A stretch of DNA of 63,277 nucleotides, counting the filler, from Albugo candida (taxonomy: Eukaryota): the NCBI GenBank assembly GCA_040437565.1. It is 25 parts of 25 records of this genome, joined end to end, with 100 filler letters (N's around TTAATTAATTAA, not from the genome) between each part and the next. Parts side by side here need not be neighbours in the genome. Positions count along the whole stretch, not along the records: positions 48,654 to 51,020 come from JBDOQK010000307.1; positions 51,121 to 53,485 come from JBDOQK010000308.1; positions 53,586 to 55,935 come from JBDOQK010000309.1; positions 56,036 to 58,385 come from JBDOQK010000310.1; positions 58,486 to 60,834 come from JBDOQK010000311.1; 20 more parts are not named here. One strand, 5' to 3'. Below are positions 49,313 through 60,834 of the stretch, piece by piece. The notes below the pieces were generated by a model, which was not told where the DNA came from, searched no databases, and saw only the letters and a program-made list of their open reading frames with translations. A program made the translations under genes and the position numbers. Position 1 is the stretch's first letter; every line of letters starts with the position of its first letter.

Positions 49313-51020
49313 TTAAACGGCAAAATCGCGCTTTCTTTTGATGTGGCTGTCCAATACAACGTTAATAATTTCCTATATACAATAAAACTTAAGATTTTTT
49401 CCTTCACGCAAAAACATAACATAACATTACTTACTGTAGCGTTCTTAAGGCAACGATATACATTTTGAAGGCGACAGAAATCATCTTTGTTCTCTGGGAG
49501 CATACATCCATCGAATTGGACCATCTTATACTTTTTTGGCTCATCACTACTTTTTCCTAAAATAGCATCAAACAAGTAAAAGGAAATAGTTGTTCCTAAT
49601 GGCAGTACGACAATTAGCAAAGCGATTTGATTTCATTTTAAATCTATTAATCATACCTGTTACTTGGATACCAACTATTGGTACCTTTTTGCTTTTGTTG
49701 ACAACATCACAAAATGCATCTTTACAGCAAATCGAGAGCTTTTTTAAATCATCGTCGAGTTTGCTGCGTTTGATGATAGCCGATTTATACTCAATGATTA
49801 GAAGTGGAATATCCATTTCTAATCCTGAGTCGGCTCTTAGACTACTCGATTTGCCAACCATTTTGAAGTTTGTTCTATATCAAGTTAAAGTTAGTTTTTG
49901 ATTTATACCTATTCTAAAACTATGGTTATTACCCCTGTACTCGTAAGGAATCACCAAGTTTTCTTTGTTTCAAGAAGAAATGTTGAAAAAGTGGCGTCAC
50001 GAGCAAAGAAAGCTGATCTTCATTAAGATCTTTTATAGATCTGATAGAGTGATATTTCGCATTTCTATAATATACTTATGTTAATTATAAATCAATTTTA
50101 ACTATATAAAAGATATCGAACATTATTTTTAAAAAATCAAATACATCTGTCTCTTTGTCAAAACGAAATGTTTTTGGATTCTAGAGTAAAATGTTTGGTT
50201 AAAAGTATATTCATTCATTGTAGATAGTTCTTTCATTACGCTGACAAACTCTTCTATAAATAAACGCTCGCTAGGCGACATATTATTTTTTTGTTTTCTT
50301 TTTACAACCTCAAGATTTTTAAAACAGGCAATTGTTTCTGACGTGAAGAAGTCCCCGGGTAAGGTTTCACTAGTTATAAGAAAAATAGATTCAGCCAATC
50401 TAAATAAAAAACTGTTAATTAGTGTTTAAGTATAAATGATTATTATTGCATAAACTCACAAATCTCCCTCTACTGATCTACCAGGAGAATTGGTCCCATC
50501 ACAACTGTTCAAAAACTCTAAACACTTTTGAGAATAGTAATTCTATTTCATTTTAGCTTTAATAACGATTAAAATAGTATCCAATATTTATAGTGAGTAC
50601 TACTTTAGCAGTGGTAGTAGATCTAGTATACTCATGTTAATTATAAATCAATTTTAACTATATAAAAGATATCGAACATTATTTTTAAAAAATCAAATAC
50701 ATCTGTCTCTTTGTCAAAACGAAATGTTTTTGGATTCTAGAGTAAAATGTTTGGTTAAAAGTATATTCATTCATTGTAGATAGTTCTTTCATTACGCTGA
50801 CAAACTCTTCTATAAATAAACGCTCGCTAGGCGACATATTATTTTTTTGTTTTCTTTTTACAACCTCAAGATTTTTAAAACAGGCAATTGTTTCTGACGT
50901 GAAGAAGTCCCCGGGTAAGGTTTCACTAGTTATAAGAAAAATAGATTCAGCCAATCTAAATAAAAAACTGTTAATTAGTGTTTAAGTATAAATGATTATT
51001 ATTGCATAAACTCACAAATC
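49313..51020 (-). CDS. Spliced fungal protein with PD-(D/E)xK-like nuclease motif (resembles Crinkler-associated REase folds); internal duplication
   Basis: LRADSG..LLIIEYK..DDLKKLSICCKD..IVGIQVT|GTTISFY..YKMVQF; several GT-AG introns; stop at 49313. Confidence 0.55.
50071..51020. repeat. Near-identical 394-bp direct repeat (offset 556 bp)
   Basis: 50071-50464 matches 50627-51020. ORFs 50129..50398 and 50685..50954 have identical translations. Confidence 0.95.
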
Positions 51021-54000
51021 NNNNNNNNNNNNNNNNNNNNNNNNNNNNNNNNNNNNNNNNNNNNTTAATTAATTAANNNNNNNNNNNNNNNNNNNNNNNN
51101 NNNNNNNNNNNNNNNNNNNNAGATTCGAAAGATCCTTTTCAATATAATGAGTGCAACGGAGCGGCACCGGCCCTGTAAACCAATTCGCGATGCCATAGTT
51201 TTGGCACAGCATTACACAGTTCACATTCTACGAAAGCATCTCGAGACTCAACGAGCTTGGTGAGCATCAATTCATCATCTCATGTGTGCATATCCACAAC
51301 TGAACCAATCATTAGACTATCATATATCTTATACCTAGACGTCAAGATAGCGGTAATAAGATTGCATGAGACAACCCAGAGGTTTATTGGCATCATGTAC
51401 CTTTACTTGGTCCCCATATTGTTGCTTCTTTTGTTGAAAACTTTAATATCGAGTAGCGCAAAACCGCTCAGACCAAGTCCGAACCACACAGTCGGTTAAT
51501 GAGTAATCATAAACGTGAATGGAAAAGTTTTTCTTCAAATTGTAATCATCTCCCGTTCACTTAATGTAAATCAGAGAGACTTTTCCATTTCAACCCTTCT
51601 TTTTTCCATTCGGTATCATCATTAGCAGCGAGAATGTAAGCAGTATCTAATTAGTAATCCAGCTTTGGTGCTTCGGTTATCTCTCCTCTACGACATGTTT
51701 TGCGTGTATTGATGATCTTCTTCAAGTTGCGAGAATATGTAGGCGAATTTTAATATCCTCAGTTACTGTTGCTGCTAATCGGAACGTACATTTCAGCTTC
51801 AAATATTTCTATCCATCTTCTTCAGGATATCACGATTTGATGCTACGGTATTGGTGGTAGAGTTCGAGTGTGCCTGTGAGTGAACTATTTTCGCTCTCTG
51901 AGACACCCTCTCCTTGGTACATAATAAAGCACCCGGTCTCTGAAATCTGAGCGTAACTTATCTTACACAGGGTCTGTGTCAGCCTTTGTCGGCTCTTTGT
52001 TGCGTTGTTGCCGTCCAATCTTAATTCCACTACTGCGTAAGACGAAAGTATATGGCGCCATAAGCTGGATGGAGTGGAGATCAGCAGGTGTAGGGAGGAG
52101 GCACTATGTGTTGCCCTTCAATAGGCTGCATAATAGGGGCCGCACGTTTTATAATATAATTTGCAGTTGCAGCATACTTTGAATATAGCAACAGTCGCAC
52201 TCACATTGTGATATGAAATCAGAGAAAATACACGTTATATTTAAACATTACACATTTTTACAGCCGTTTTATCCAAAATGTAATATCGATAGCTTCTCTA
52301 GTAGGGATTCGTCTGAATCAATCTTCAACATTCTGCACAGGAAGTCGAAAGACTACTGTACATCAATAGAGCACTGTTTACTGTTTTTGAACGTTACACA
52401 AGGCTTGTGAAATGCATCCGATACTGACCCAACTTGCAAGAGCTAATGTACGCTCCGTCTTACAAACATGCAATAGAATCACAAAATTGCCTGCATGAAA
52501 CGGTAGAACACTTTTTACCTACGCCGCTTCCTTATTCTGTGGGGTAAGAGGAATGACAACGGTCTACATCGAAGACGTGTGAGATCTCCAAGGCGAAGCG
52601 TCATAAGAACATCCTTCATGAGACGGCAGCGATCAATCGCACTATCAGGAATTCATTTTGCTAAGTTCTAGTAGTTGTTCTGAGCTCCTAGAAGGAACGA
52701 CGTTCCAGAGCATATGATGAAATACCAGGAGGAGTGGTGCCCTTGGGGAAAGTCAAAACAAACCTGGAGGCTCTGTCTCTTGTGAGTATCCATTTTAATC
52801 AAACAGCTAAGTCTGATTACTAAACAAGAAATGTACGAAGCGGTATGAAGCCGTACATACGGGTTACGAGATACTCACAGTCTTATTGCAGCAATCTGCT
52901 TGAAGGAGAGAACGCACGGATTCACGAAATCAACCTGTAGTATCGGAAGATGTGACTGGCTGAAAGTTTTGAACAAAAAGGAAAGCTGGCCTGCATTAAT
53001 GATGATAAAAATAGAAGCAGTTAGGTGTAGGCGAGCTGAATTCTACGGAAGTGTTTAATTGGATAAAAGACAGCAAGGAATATTGCATCACGCCTTCCAT
53101 ATTCTCGTTGTTTATGGTTACAAAAGCATGAAAGTCGGATATTTGGCGAATGACAGCGTTGCATTAAGACATTTCTGATGCAGGAATCTAATTTTTTATC
53201 TTGGTGATCAAGAAATTATTGCAGTAATCTACTAGCGATCGACCGTGCGCATGCGAAAACGAACTTGAACATGCCCTGGTTCGAATCACATTTTTTTGAA
53301 TCATGGAATTTCGATATAGAACGTCAAACGTGGGATGCGACTAGGTCTGATTTTGGTCGATTACAGCGCTCACTGATCATTCGCATATTCACGGTCTAGT
53401 TCACAGATGCTTCGAGCTCTGGCCATACCATTCAGCCTCATTTGCTTGAACGCGCAAGCTCCAGGAGATTCTGAACAACACTCAANNNNNNNNNNNNNNN
53501 NNNNNNNNNNNNNNNNNNNNNNNNNNNNNTTAATTAATTAANNNNNNNNNNNNNNNNNNNNNNNNNNNNNNNNNNNNNNNNNNNNATGCTATTCTATGAG
53601 AAAAAAAGCTTTTAGAACCAAGGTTTCTAAGTAAATATTGCTTGAAATTATTTTAACTATCTATTTCATTCATTTTCTAAAGAAAAAAAAGTTTGGCATT
53701 TTTCTTCAAAATCCATGGGTGATACCCTTACGATTTTTGATGATTTTTGATGTCTAATCTTTAAATTGCAAAAAAGTCATTTTTGTAAAGGCATTTCTAA
53801 GTGAAATTGGGGTAGAATTTGATGCTCTATTTTGTGGAATAGTTTTTGGAATAAAACTTCTATAAAAAACAGCGTCTACGGGCGAGAATGCTGTTTTAAC
53901 AAGTTGTCCTGTATAGCCTGATTTCGCATAGTAAAGGGGTCTTTTTTATTGTACCACGTGAAAGAAAATAAAATTTTATGTATATCTAGCTTAGGAACCA

Positions 54001-55477
54001 CATGCTGCAAGCAAGTATTTCGAGTACTTTACTTTGAGGGAAAGACCTTTGAAAATCATTTTTCAATAAAATGCAAATCATAAAAAAATATTCGGGGTTT
54101 AATTTTATTAGCCTATCATTTTTTTTGTACAGCCAGCTATGCGTATCTATAATAATGAATAATGAAGTGTAACAAAGAATTGATGGAAGTTACACTCTTA
54201 TACCAAAGTTTAGCTGGATACATGTGCCTATTGCTGCCTTCAGGCTTATCATGCTAGCTAAAGAAAATTTCAGCAGCGTATACAAGGTGCTAATATGTTG
54301 AATTTTCAGTACAAGTTTAGTAGCATGTTGTGAAAGAAATACATCTTCTATATATTTTTATTATTTATTAGCAACAACAGAAAGCACTCCTTGTTATGAA
54401 TCAAGGGTAAATAGAAATAGCTAACAATAGTACTTGTCGATCTAGTCTGACATCGTTTACTGTAGGCTGCAAATCTAATCTCAGTAATCTACCTACATGC
54501 CAGAGGAGGAAAGTTTTTTTCACTGTCATAAATTTTAAACCTAAAATGAGTTTGGTATAATAATCTCAACGATTGTGACCGTTGCTATTTTTATTTTTTT
54601 AAAATCGAACGTGTGAAAAAGCGTGTACCTTTATCATTCTAATTGAATCAACATTTAAATGTCTCGACTCATTAGCCATCGTAATATTAGAGATGCTGCT
54701 GTAGCAAGTGCCTTTTTTCTTCTTCTCCTTGTCAAAATCAAATAATTATTGATGTGACTATAACCTTCTTTATTTTAGACAACGTTCTTGTTGGTGTGGC
54801 ATCATTCTCACCAACTTTTACTGCTGATACTGCTAATAGTGACGATGTAATACAGCTTGTACAATTTTTGGTAATCTGTGAACATTTTTTAAGATGGAAA
54901 CACCAGTACAAAAAAAAAAACCATTACAACACTGCGAACAGGATTATTTTAGCTTTAAGGAATAAGAATAACCAATACTGACAATATTGGTTGTCATCCT
55001 CTTGGAGAAGAAGTTGAAGTAGATAAAAACTACTCAGGGGATGAATCATATTTTTGATAGATAGATATATGATGTGGATCGATAAAATAGAGATTGTTAC
55101 CAGTATTAGTAATTCTTCATACGTTATTTTTTTATCTTTTGAGAAATGATGATGCTTGATAAAAAAAAGTAAATAAAAATCAAAATAGAGAGATAACTTT
55201 ATTAAAATGTGCTGTGTTGTCTATTTAAATGAATTGTGTATTAACTTGGGTTTGGATTGTTAGTTGTTGCATGAATATAAATTACAGTAGTTAGATAAGA
55301 TAATATGCACCGAGGATATGTATTTATTACTACAATGATTATGCATATAGTTCTGGATCATTACGTGAAGTCTTTGTTATATACGTGTGACGAGTGAGTG
55401 CTTGGACACATCAGTTTGATCATAGATCCTATCCATTCCAACTTAATCCTGCTCTGATTTATATTCTTGATTATAAT

Positions 55478-55626
55478 TAGAGCTGTTCACGATTAAACCG
55501 TAGCCATTTTTCTGTAATCGTAAACCGTAACTTTAAGGTTTTTACTGCTTAAATGTCTAAAATATTTAAAACCGCAGCCTTTTTTTGTAATCGTTAACCG
55601 CAACTCCAAAACCGTGAACAGTACTA
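55478..55626. mobile_element. hAT-type MITE, 149 bp
   Basis: Imperfect 14-bp TIRs TAGAGCTGTTCACG / CGTGAACAGTACTA, 8-bp TSD ATTATAAT on both sides, internal AACCG repeats. Confidence 0.88.
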
Positions 55627-55695
55627 ATTATAATAACGAACTACAAAATAAAATGTATAAAAATAAAGTATTGAATACAGGCGCAGTATTAGATG

Positions 55696-55820
55696 ATGTA
55701 TTATATCTACCTGCCTTGCTGTTGCCTGTTTAAATCAATATCATATCACTATTTCATGTATCATATTTATCTGTCTTGCTGTTGCTTGTTTAAATCAATA
55801 TCATATCATTATTTCATGTA
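55696..55820. repeat. 60-bp tandem duplication
   Basis: atgta..atat.ta.ctg.cttgctgttgc.tgtttaaatcaatatcatatca.tatttc occurs twice. Confidence 0.9.
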
Positions 55821-56035
55821 ATATATAGTTCATATAATATTATAAAGATAACTAAAATACGCATGATAATAACACCTCCTAGGGTTTATTATAAAGCAAA
55901 CGACAGTAGATCCAAAGGATACCATATAATAAGTTNNNNNNNNNNNNNNNNNNNNNNNNNNNNNNNNNNNNNNNNNNNNTTAATTAATTAANNNNNNNNN
56001 NNNNNNNNNNNNNNNNNNNNNNNNNNNNNNNNNNN

Positions 56036-58146
56036 TAAACAATTTTTTATACCAATTTCTTTTCTTTTTTGCTGAGAAAAGTAATTAACAGCGTGGGTTA
56101 ATGTGAGCTGTCTATTATCCTTCGACATGTGTCTTGTGGCCTTGACATAGCCAGCAAGGTAAGACCAGAAGCGCTCAATTCCTTCACCGTCTGTCATAGG
56201 GATGTCAACGAATCCGATTCGTTGATTATTTTTGGATTCGTGATTCGTAAAATGGGTGGCTTTTACAGCTTAAAAGTTGGATTCGTTGCGATTTTTAAGA
56301 TTCGCGACTCGTGATATTTAGATTCGTTGACATCCCTAGTCTGTCATGCCGAAACCCTCGATATATCGAGGGTTATAGTCGACTTGACACTCAAATTTGT
56401 GTCCGTATGCATGAAATACGGACAAAGCAAATCTGCTTTCCTTGAGCTCCTCAGGAAAAGAGTCCTGAAAAATATAAAGATATCAGTATACAACCATATT
56501 TGTTTCCTTTTTTTTTGGGAGACTTTTTTAGAGCCACACACGTTTGGGTGCTTAGCTTTCAAATTTCGACAAATCATACTTACTTTCATGGCCTTCTTTA
56601 CCTTACAGGCTATGTCGTACACGATGTCCAAAGGAGAATCATCATTCTTCATCCCAAGAATTTTCTTAACACTTGCGAGGGCGTACTTGTGCCTATTAAT
56701 GGATTTAATAAAAAATTACAACTTCAAAAAATATTGAAACCATTCCTTACCCTTCACCTTGCTTAATGTCATACAGCAAGAAAGGAATGCCGTGACGAGC
56801 ACAACCGGTGGCAAAAACACCATTGGTTTCGATGTTCTTGCCTTTGGTAGCGTTCCCAGAGGCAGCCGTCAAATTCTCGGGGACAAAGTTCTTATCAACA
56901 CCCTAATATATCAAACTGTTTAAAATAACCGCATATATGTTTTTTTGTTATGTTTGACTTACAAGGACACCTCCTTCTTTTTCGAGTTTTTCAAACTCGC
57001 GCACCTCAAAGTCCTTGCCCCACGTCTTCTCAATTGCTTCGACTTTGTAGGAGTGGGGTGCACTCATAGCGCAAAGATTTCTCTTGTGCGAGAAGTTGCC
57101 ATCCATTGCAACAAGCATTCTGTTAGCACCCTATCTCAACTATTATTAGTAATGATTTTTTTTTGCATTGACTGGCGAAAAAAACTTACCCAACAAGCAA
57201 CACAAAAAGGAATATTTTCCACTTTTGTTTCAGCGGCAATCTTTTCCTCAACATAGAGCATAAGTCTGCTATACGCAAAAAAGGTCGAGGTAAGAACATT
57301 TTGATGGAGAGGGACAACCTTAAAGAATTTTTTAATACATATTTAAATCAAACCCTTCAAATATAATCACTTTACCTCAACACCATCTTCTTTGTTTTGC
57401 TCGTTAAGCAAAGCAACCCATGCTTTGACCGAAGTCTGCGAAATGTTTTGCATTCTAAGCATCATTTGAAGGAGACCAAAATGCACGGCAGACTTGGTCT
57501 TCAAAAAAGTCGTGGGAAGCAAGTGGTTCTTCATCAACTTTTGTACAAGTGATTCACAAACGCAATGATTCACAAGTGTTTTAGTGTGGGCTATAATAAA
57601 CAAATTTTGTCAGAATGTTCATTCAAGACAATTACTTGCAAACACAATCTTACCGAACACAAAAAAAAGATTTACTTCGCTAGTAACAACGAGCCCTCTT
57701 TCCATACAGCTAGTACAGGCGTCGTTATTCATCATGGCTGTTGCTTCACCACGAGGAAAGCCTCCAGACAAAGATTTTACGTAATTAACGTACATTGCGT
57801 CCTTTGAAGCCTCCCATTCATCAGCATGTTGCTTGAGCTTCTCACGGTAAGACATTTCTTGTATGTAAGAAACTGTTGTTTCGTCTTGTAGATCGCAGTA
57901 ATCTTGACCATAATCGTCATCATCGATCGAATCCAACACAAGTCGAGTAGCAGTTACCGCATTCTTAACTGCATTTTTACGTCTTTCCTTTCTTTTTTGT
58001 TCCTCGGCGTAGTTGTCTATCATTCCAAAGATCGGCTTACCATCTCGGTCTTGACCGGTTCTGCCTCTAGTAAAACGAGGGCCTCTGGAGATATTATCAA
58101 AATATCTGCGTTTAGCAGCTTTGTTGTTATTTCTTTTAATAGTCAT
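56036..58146 (-). mobile_element. KDZ (Kyakuja-Dileera-Zisupton) transposase with CxC1-like domain, disrupted by a MITE, 3' truncated
   Basis: CTSC..HCVC..LLP..AVHFGLL; VAMDGNFSHKR; GVFATGCARHG; IVYDIACK; SVFHAYGHKFECQVDYNPRYIEGFGMTD/GEGIERFWS; multiple introns. Confidence 0.92.
56197..56338. mobile_element. hAT-type MITE, 142 bp
   Basis: Perfect 18-bp TIRs TAGGGATGTCAACGAATC, 8-bp TSD GTCTGTCA (56189-56196 and 56339-56346), internal GATTCG repeats. Confidence 0.96.
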
Positions 58147-58218
58147 GTTATGAATAAAATCAGTAATGAGATGAAAATATAATGGAGCTACTCTGATTTT
58201 TCCTTAATCAGGAACAAT

Positions 58219-58292
58219 AAAAACGTGACCATTTTATTATTTTGAATATTCAGGACAAAAAACGTGACCATTTTATTATTATGAATATTCAG
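58219..58292. repeat. Subterminal-like direct repeat upstream of the KDZ gene
   Basis: AAAAACGTGACCATTTTATTATT(T/A)TGAATATTCAG twice, plus a partial third copy. Confidence 0.85.
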
Positions 58293-58485
58293 CGCTAAAA
58301 GCGTGAATATCAAGAATATGCAATAGCCTATACCTATTAAAAAGCAGCAGGGGCTGTGAATAGCCTATTTAGTATTCCGCTGTATNNNNNNNNNNNNNNN
58401 NNNNNNNNNNNNNNNNNNNNNNNNNNNNNTTAATTAATTAANNNNNNNNNNNNNNNNNNNNNNNNNNNNNNNNNNNNNNNNNNNN

Positions 58486-58970
58486 CAGCCCTGCGCCGCT
58501 CTGAAATTGTTGCGCTGACACTCGAGGACATCGAGCTCGTCCCCCAGGGTCTCAAGATCTTGATCCGTGGGTCCAAGACCGACCAGGAGCGCGCTGGTGC
58601 GACGATCGCCATCCCGGAGGGCCGACGGATCAGACCCAAGGCACTTCTCCTGGCGTGGATGGAAGCTGCCGCCCACCAGGAGGGCAGTCTATTTCGTAAG
58701 CTTACTCCAGCCGACCGCCTAACGGCGCAGCCGATGTCGGATCGTAGTGTCGCACGAATTGTCCAAAAGCACGCTGCCGCTGCGGGCTACGACCCCCGCG
58801 AATTCGGCGGCCACAGCCTACGGGCCGGCTTCCTCACCGAGGCCGAAAGTACAGGCGCCAGCATCTTCAAAATGCAGGAAGTCAGCCGGCACAAGTCAGT
58901 GCAGGTGCTCGCTGCCTATGTTCGCAGCCGTGAGCTGTTTCGCGACCACGCCGGCGATAAATTCCTCTAG
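58486..58970 (+). CDS. Bacterial tyrosine recombinase/integrase (Cre-like), catalytic C-terminal half
   Basis: ALRRSE, SKTDQ, GHSLRAG and SRHKS..LAAYVR give the R-K-H-R-H-Y catalytic set; GC-rich, no introns. Confidence 0.95.
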
Positions 58971-59492
58971 TTACTTGATCGCGGCGACCGCGATGGATGC
59001 GTTTCTGTGCAGCCGAGCAACAAGAACCTCCATCACCCAGCGGCGCTTCTTCTGATCCTCTCCGCCGAGGAGCAGGTAATGTGCGCCCCGGCGATCCACC
59101 CGGAAGGTCGCGGCATTGGTGTCGTAGTGCGCGATCTTGTTGAGTACCTCGCGCAGGCCAACCGGAGCAAAGCTTGGGTGAGAGCGATCGATCGCGGCCC
59201 TGGCGATCATCGCTTTCCGTTCCGCCGCACTGACGTCCTTCACGAGAGAACCAGTCGGCTCCGCCATGAACTGGTCACCCAGATGGCCATGGTCTTGCTC
59301 GTTCCGCAGAATGTCAAAAAGACTGGAGAGCGCGTTCCACGCGCGCTCCGAGGCGGCGGCAGCTCCCTCCTTGTCTTGCTCGGCCAGCTTGACCCTGAAG
59401 CGGGCCGATGCCGCACGAAGCGCACGGAGATGTGGCCGAGCGCGTCGCCCGCGAGGAATAATCTGAAAGTAGCCTATCCTACTGCGTCCCAC
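58971..59492 (-). CDS. Hypothetical bacterial protein, 173 aa, with HEPN-like motifs
   Basis: GTG start with a purine-rich upstream tract; stop abuts the integrase stop. Contains LRNEQDHG (R-x4-H) and LREVLNKIAH. Confidence 0.65.
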   Translation of the reverse strand: MGRSRIGYFQIIPRGRRARPHLRALRAASARFRVKLAEQDKEGAAAASERAWNALSSLFDILRNEQDHGHLGDQFMAEPTGSLVKDVSAAERKAMIARAAIDRSHPSFAPVGLREVLNKIAHYDTNAATFRVDRRGAHYLLLGGEDQKKRRWVMEVLVARLHRNASIAVAAIK

Positions 59493-59548
59493 CTCCGTCG
59501 CCCTTCACGCTCCTAAGGTTGTCTCGCCGTCGCGCAACCGAGCCTACG

Positions 59549-60202
59549 CTACTGTCCTGCCTTCACCAAGGCATGCGCGCCGGCCAAGAGTCCGTCGACC
59601 TGTTCGGCCGGCAGCACGTAGCTCGGCTCGTAACGGAGGCCGAGCTTGCGGGTCTTGCGCCAGTCGTCGAAGTACATGCCCTTGCCGGGGCCAAACGTTG
59701 CGGCGACAAGCGAGCTTAAAGCTGGTGGCGCTTCGCGGGAATAGGCGGTGCGGAACAAGGAAATGTCGGCGACATAACCGCCCGTCATTACCCAGACGTG
59801 ACCGTCCCAGTCGAACGCCGACCGCGAGAATATGCGACTTCCGTCGACGGCAGCATCGGTCCCGAACACGCGTTCGCCATCCGCATAAAGCGCCCCCGCG
59901 ACAACGTGAATCGGTGCCGTCATCCCACGTTCCAAGTGGACGGCGAACGCGGCGCTCATCATCGCGCACGCCGCTGCCATGTCGGGGAAAATATCGAGAA
60001 TCTCTTTCGCGCAATTGGCCAGAATGATCTTGTCGTCGTCGCTAGGCCGATACTTCTTGAACCGCCTGGCTTCCTCCCAGCCATGCGTTACGGCCACCAG
60101 GGCGCCGAGTTCGACCATGTTCTTTGCAACTGACACCGGAGCCCCTTCATCGAGCCATGTGTGGTAAGCGACGGGCGAACGATCCTCAACGTTCGACGCC
60201 AA
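59549..60202 (-). CDS. Hypothetical bacterial protein, 217 aa, transglutaminase/papain-like Cys-His-Asp fold
   Basis: ACAMMSAA (C79), VVAG, DGHVWV (H135), YVADIS (D146). The true start may be the internal Met29. Confidence 0.72.
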   Translation of the reverse strand: MASNVEDRSPVAYHTWLDEGAPVSVAKNMVELGALVAVTHGWEEARRFKKYRPSDDDKIILANCAKEILDIFPDMAAACAMMSAAFAVHLERGMTAPIHVVAGALYADGERVFGTDAAVDGSRIFSRSAFDWDGHVWVMTGGYVADISLFRTAYSREAPPALSSLVAATFGPGKGMYFDDWRKTRKLGLRYEPSYVLPAEQVDGLLAGAHALVKAGQ

Positions 60203-60338
60203 CCGACAATCACTTCCGTGTAGCCGAGGCGAGCAGGCCGGAGGCTGGCAACATAGACCGACGAGAGCTCACCAAGCGGCGCGGCCCACTCTGGGTAGGC
60301 CCTCTTGTCACTTTTCGGGCAGCGGGCATGATGCACCG

Positions 60339-60834
60339 ATGCGCCTAACCGATGACACCGCCGAAATCCCCGATCGGCTGATCGCTCTTCAAGAAAAAGG
60401 AGAGATCGTGTTCCTGTGCGGGGCGGGCATCTCGCAACGCTACGGCCTGCCTTCATTCTACAAGCTGACGACGGACATTTACACGCACCTGGGGGAGTCG
60501 TGGAACGGCCATCCGGCAGAAGAAGACGCAATGGGCGTCAACCATGACGGGACCGCGAAGGGATCGCCGGCTTTGGATCGAGCGCTGTTCGCGCTCACGA
60601 AGCGCCTGCGGGGTGACGACACCGGCTCTCGCCTTCGTGCCGAGGCACTGTTGACCGAAGCTATTGAAGCTCACCTTCAGCCGCCCCAGGGCACGTTCCC
60701 CGCGCACCAGGATGTCTGGACGTTGTCGCGCGATCCAGAGATGCGTGGCCGGATCGTCACCACCAACTTCGATGTCCTTTTCGAGCGAGTCGGCGGCCAG
60801 GGCGTCGCCAGCCGCGCCTGCGCCGATCTTCCCC
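60339..60834 (+). CDS. SIR2-family (SIR2_2) NADase-domain protein, Dsr1-like N-terminus; truncated
   Basis: EIPDRLIALQEKGEIVFLCGAGIS..GLPSF..L..IY..LG and RIVTTNFD.LFE. Confidence 0.88.

Noticed and set aside
51121-53485. Short ORFs in a balanced-composition contig
   Set aside because: None exceeds 80 aa or has recognisable motifs; treated as intergenic or decayed DNA.
59007-60531. Several overlapping Arg-rich ORFs in the bacterial contig
   Set aside because: Typical stop-poor shadow frames of GC-rich DNA overlapping better-supported genes.
56036-60834. Bacterial integrase/SIR2 genes as horizontal transfer into a fungal KDZ element
   Set aside because: An artificial spacer separates them; adjacency reflects size sorting only.
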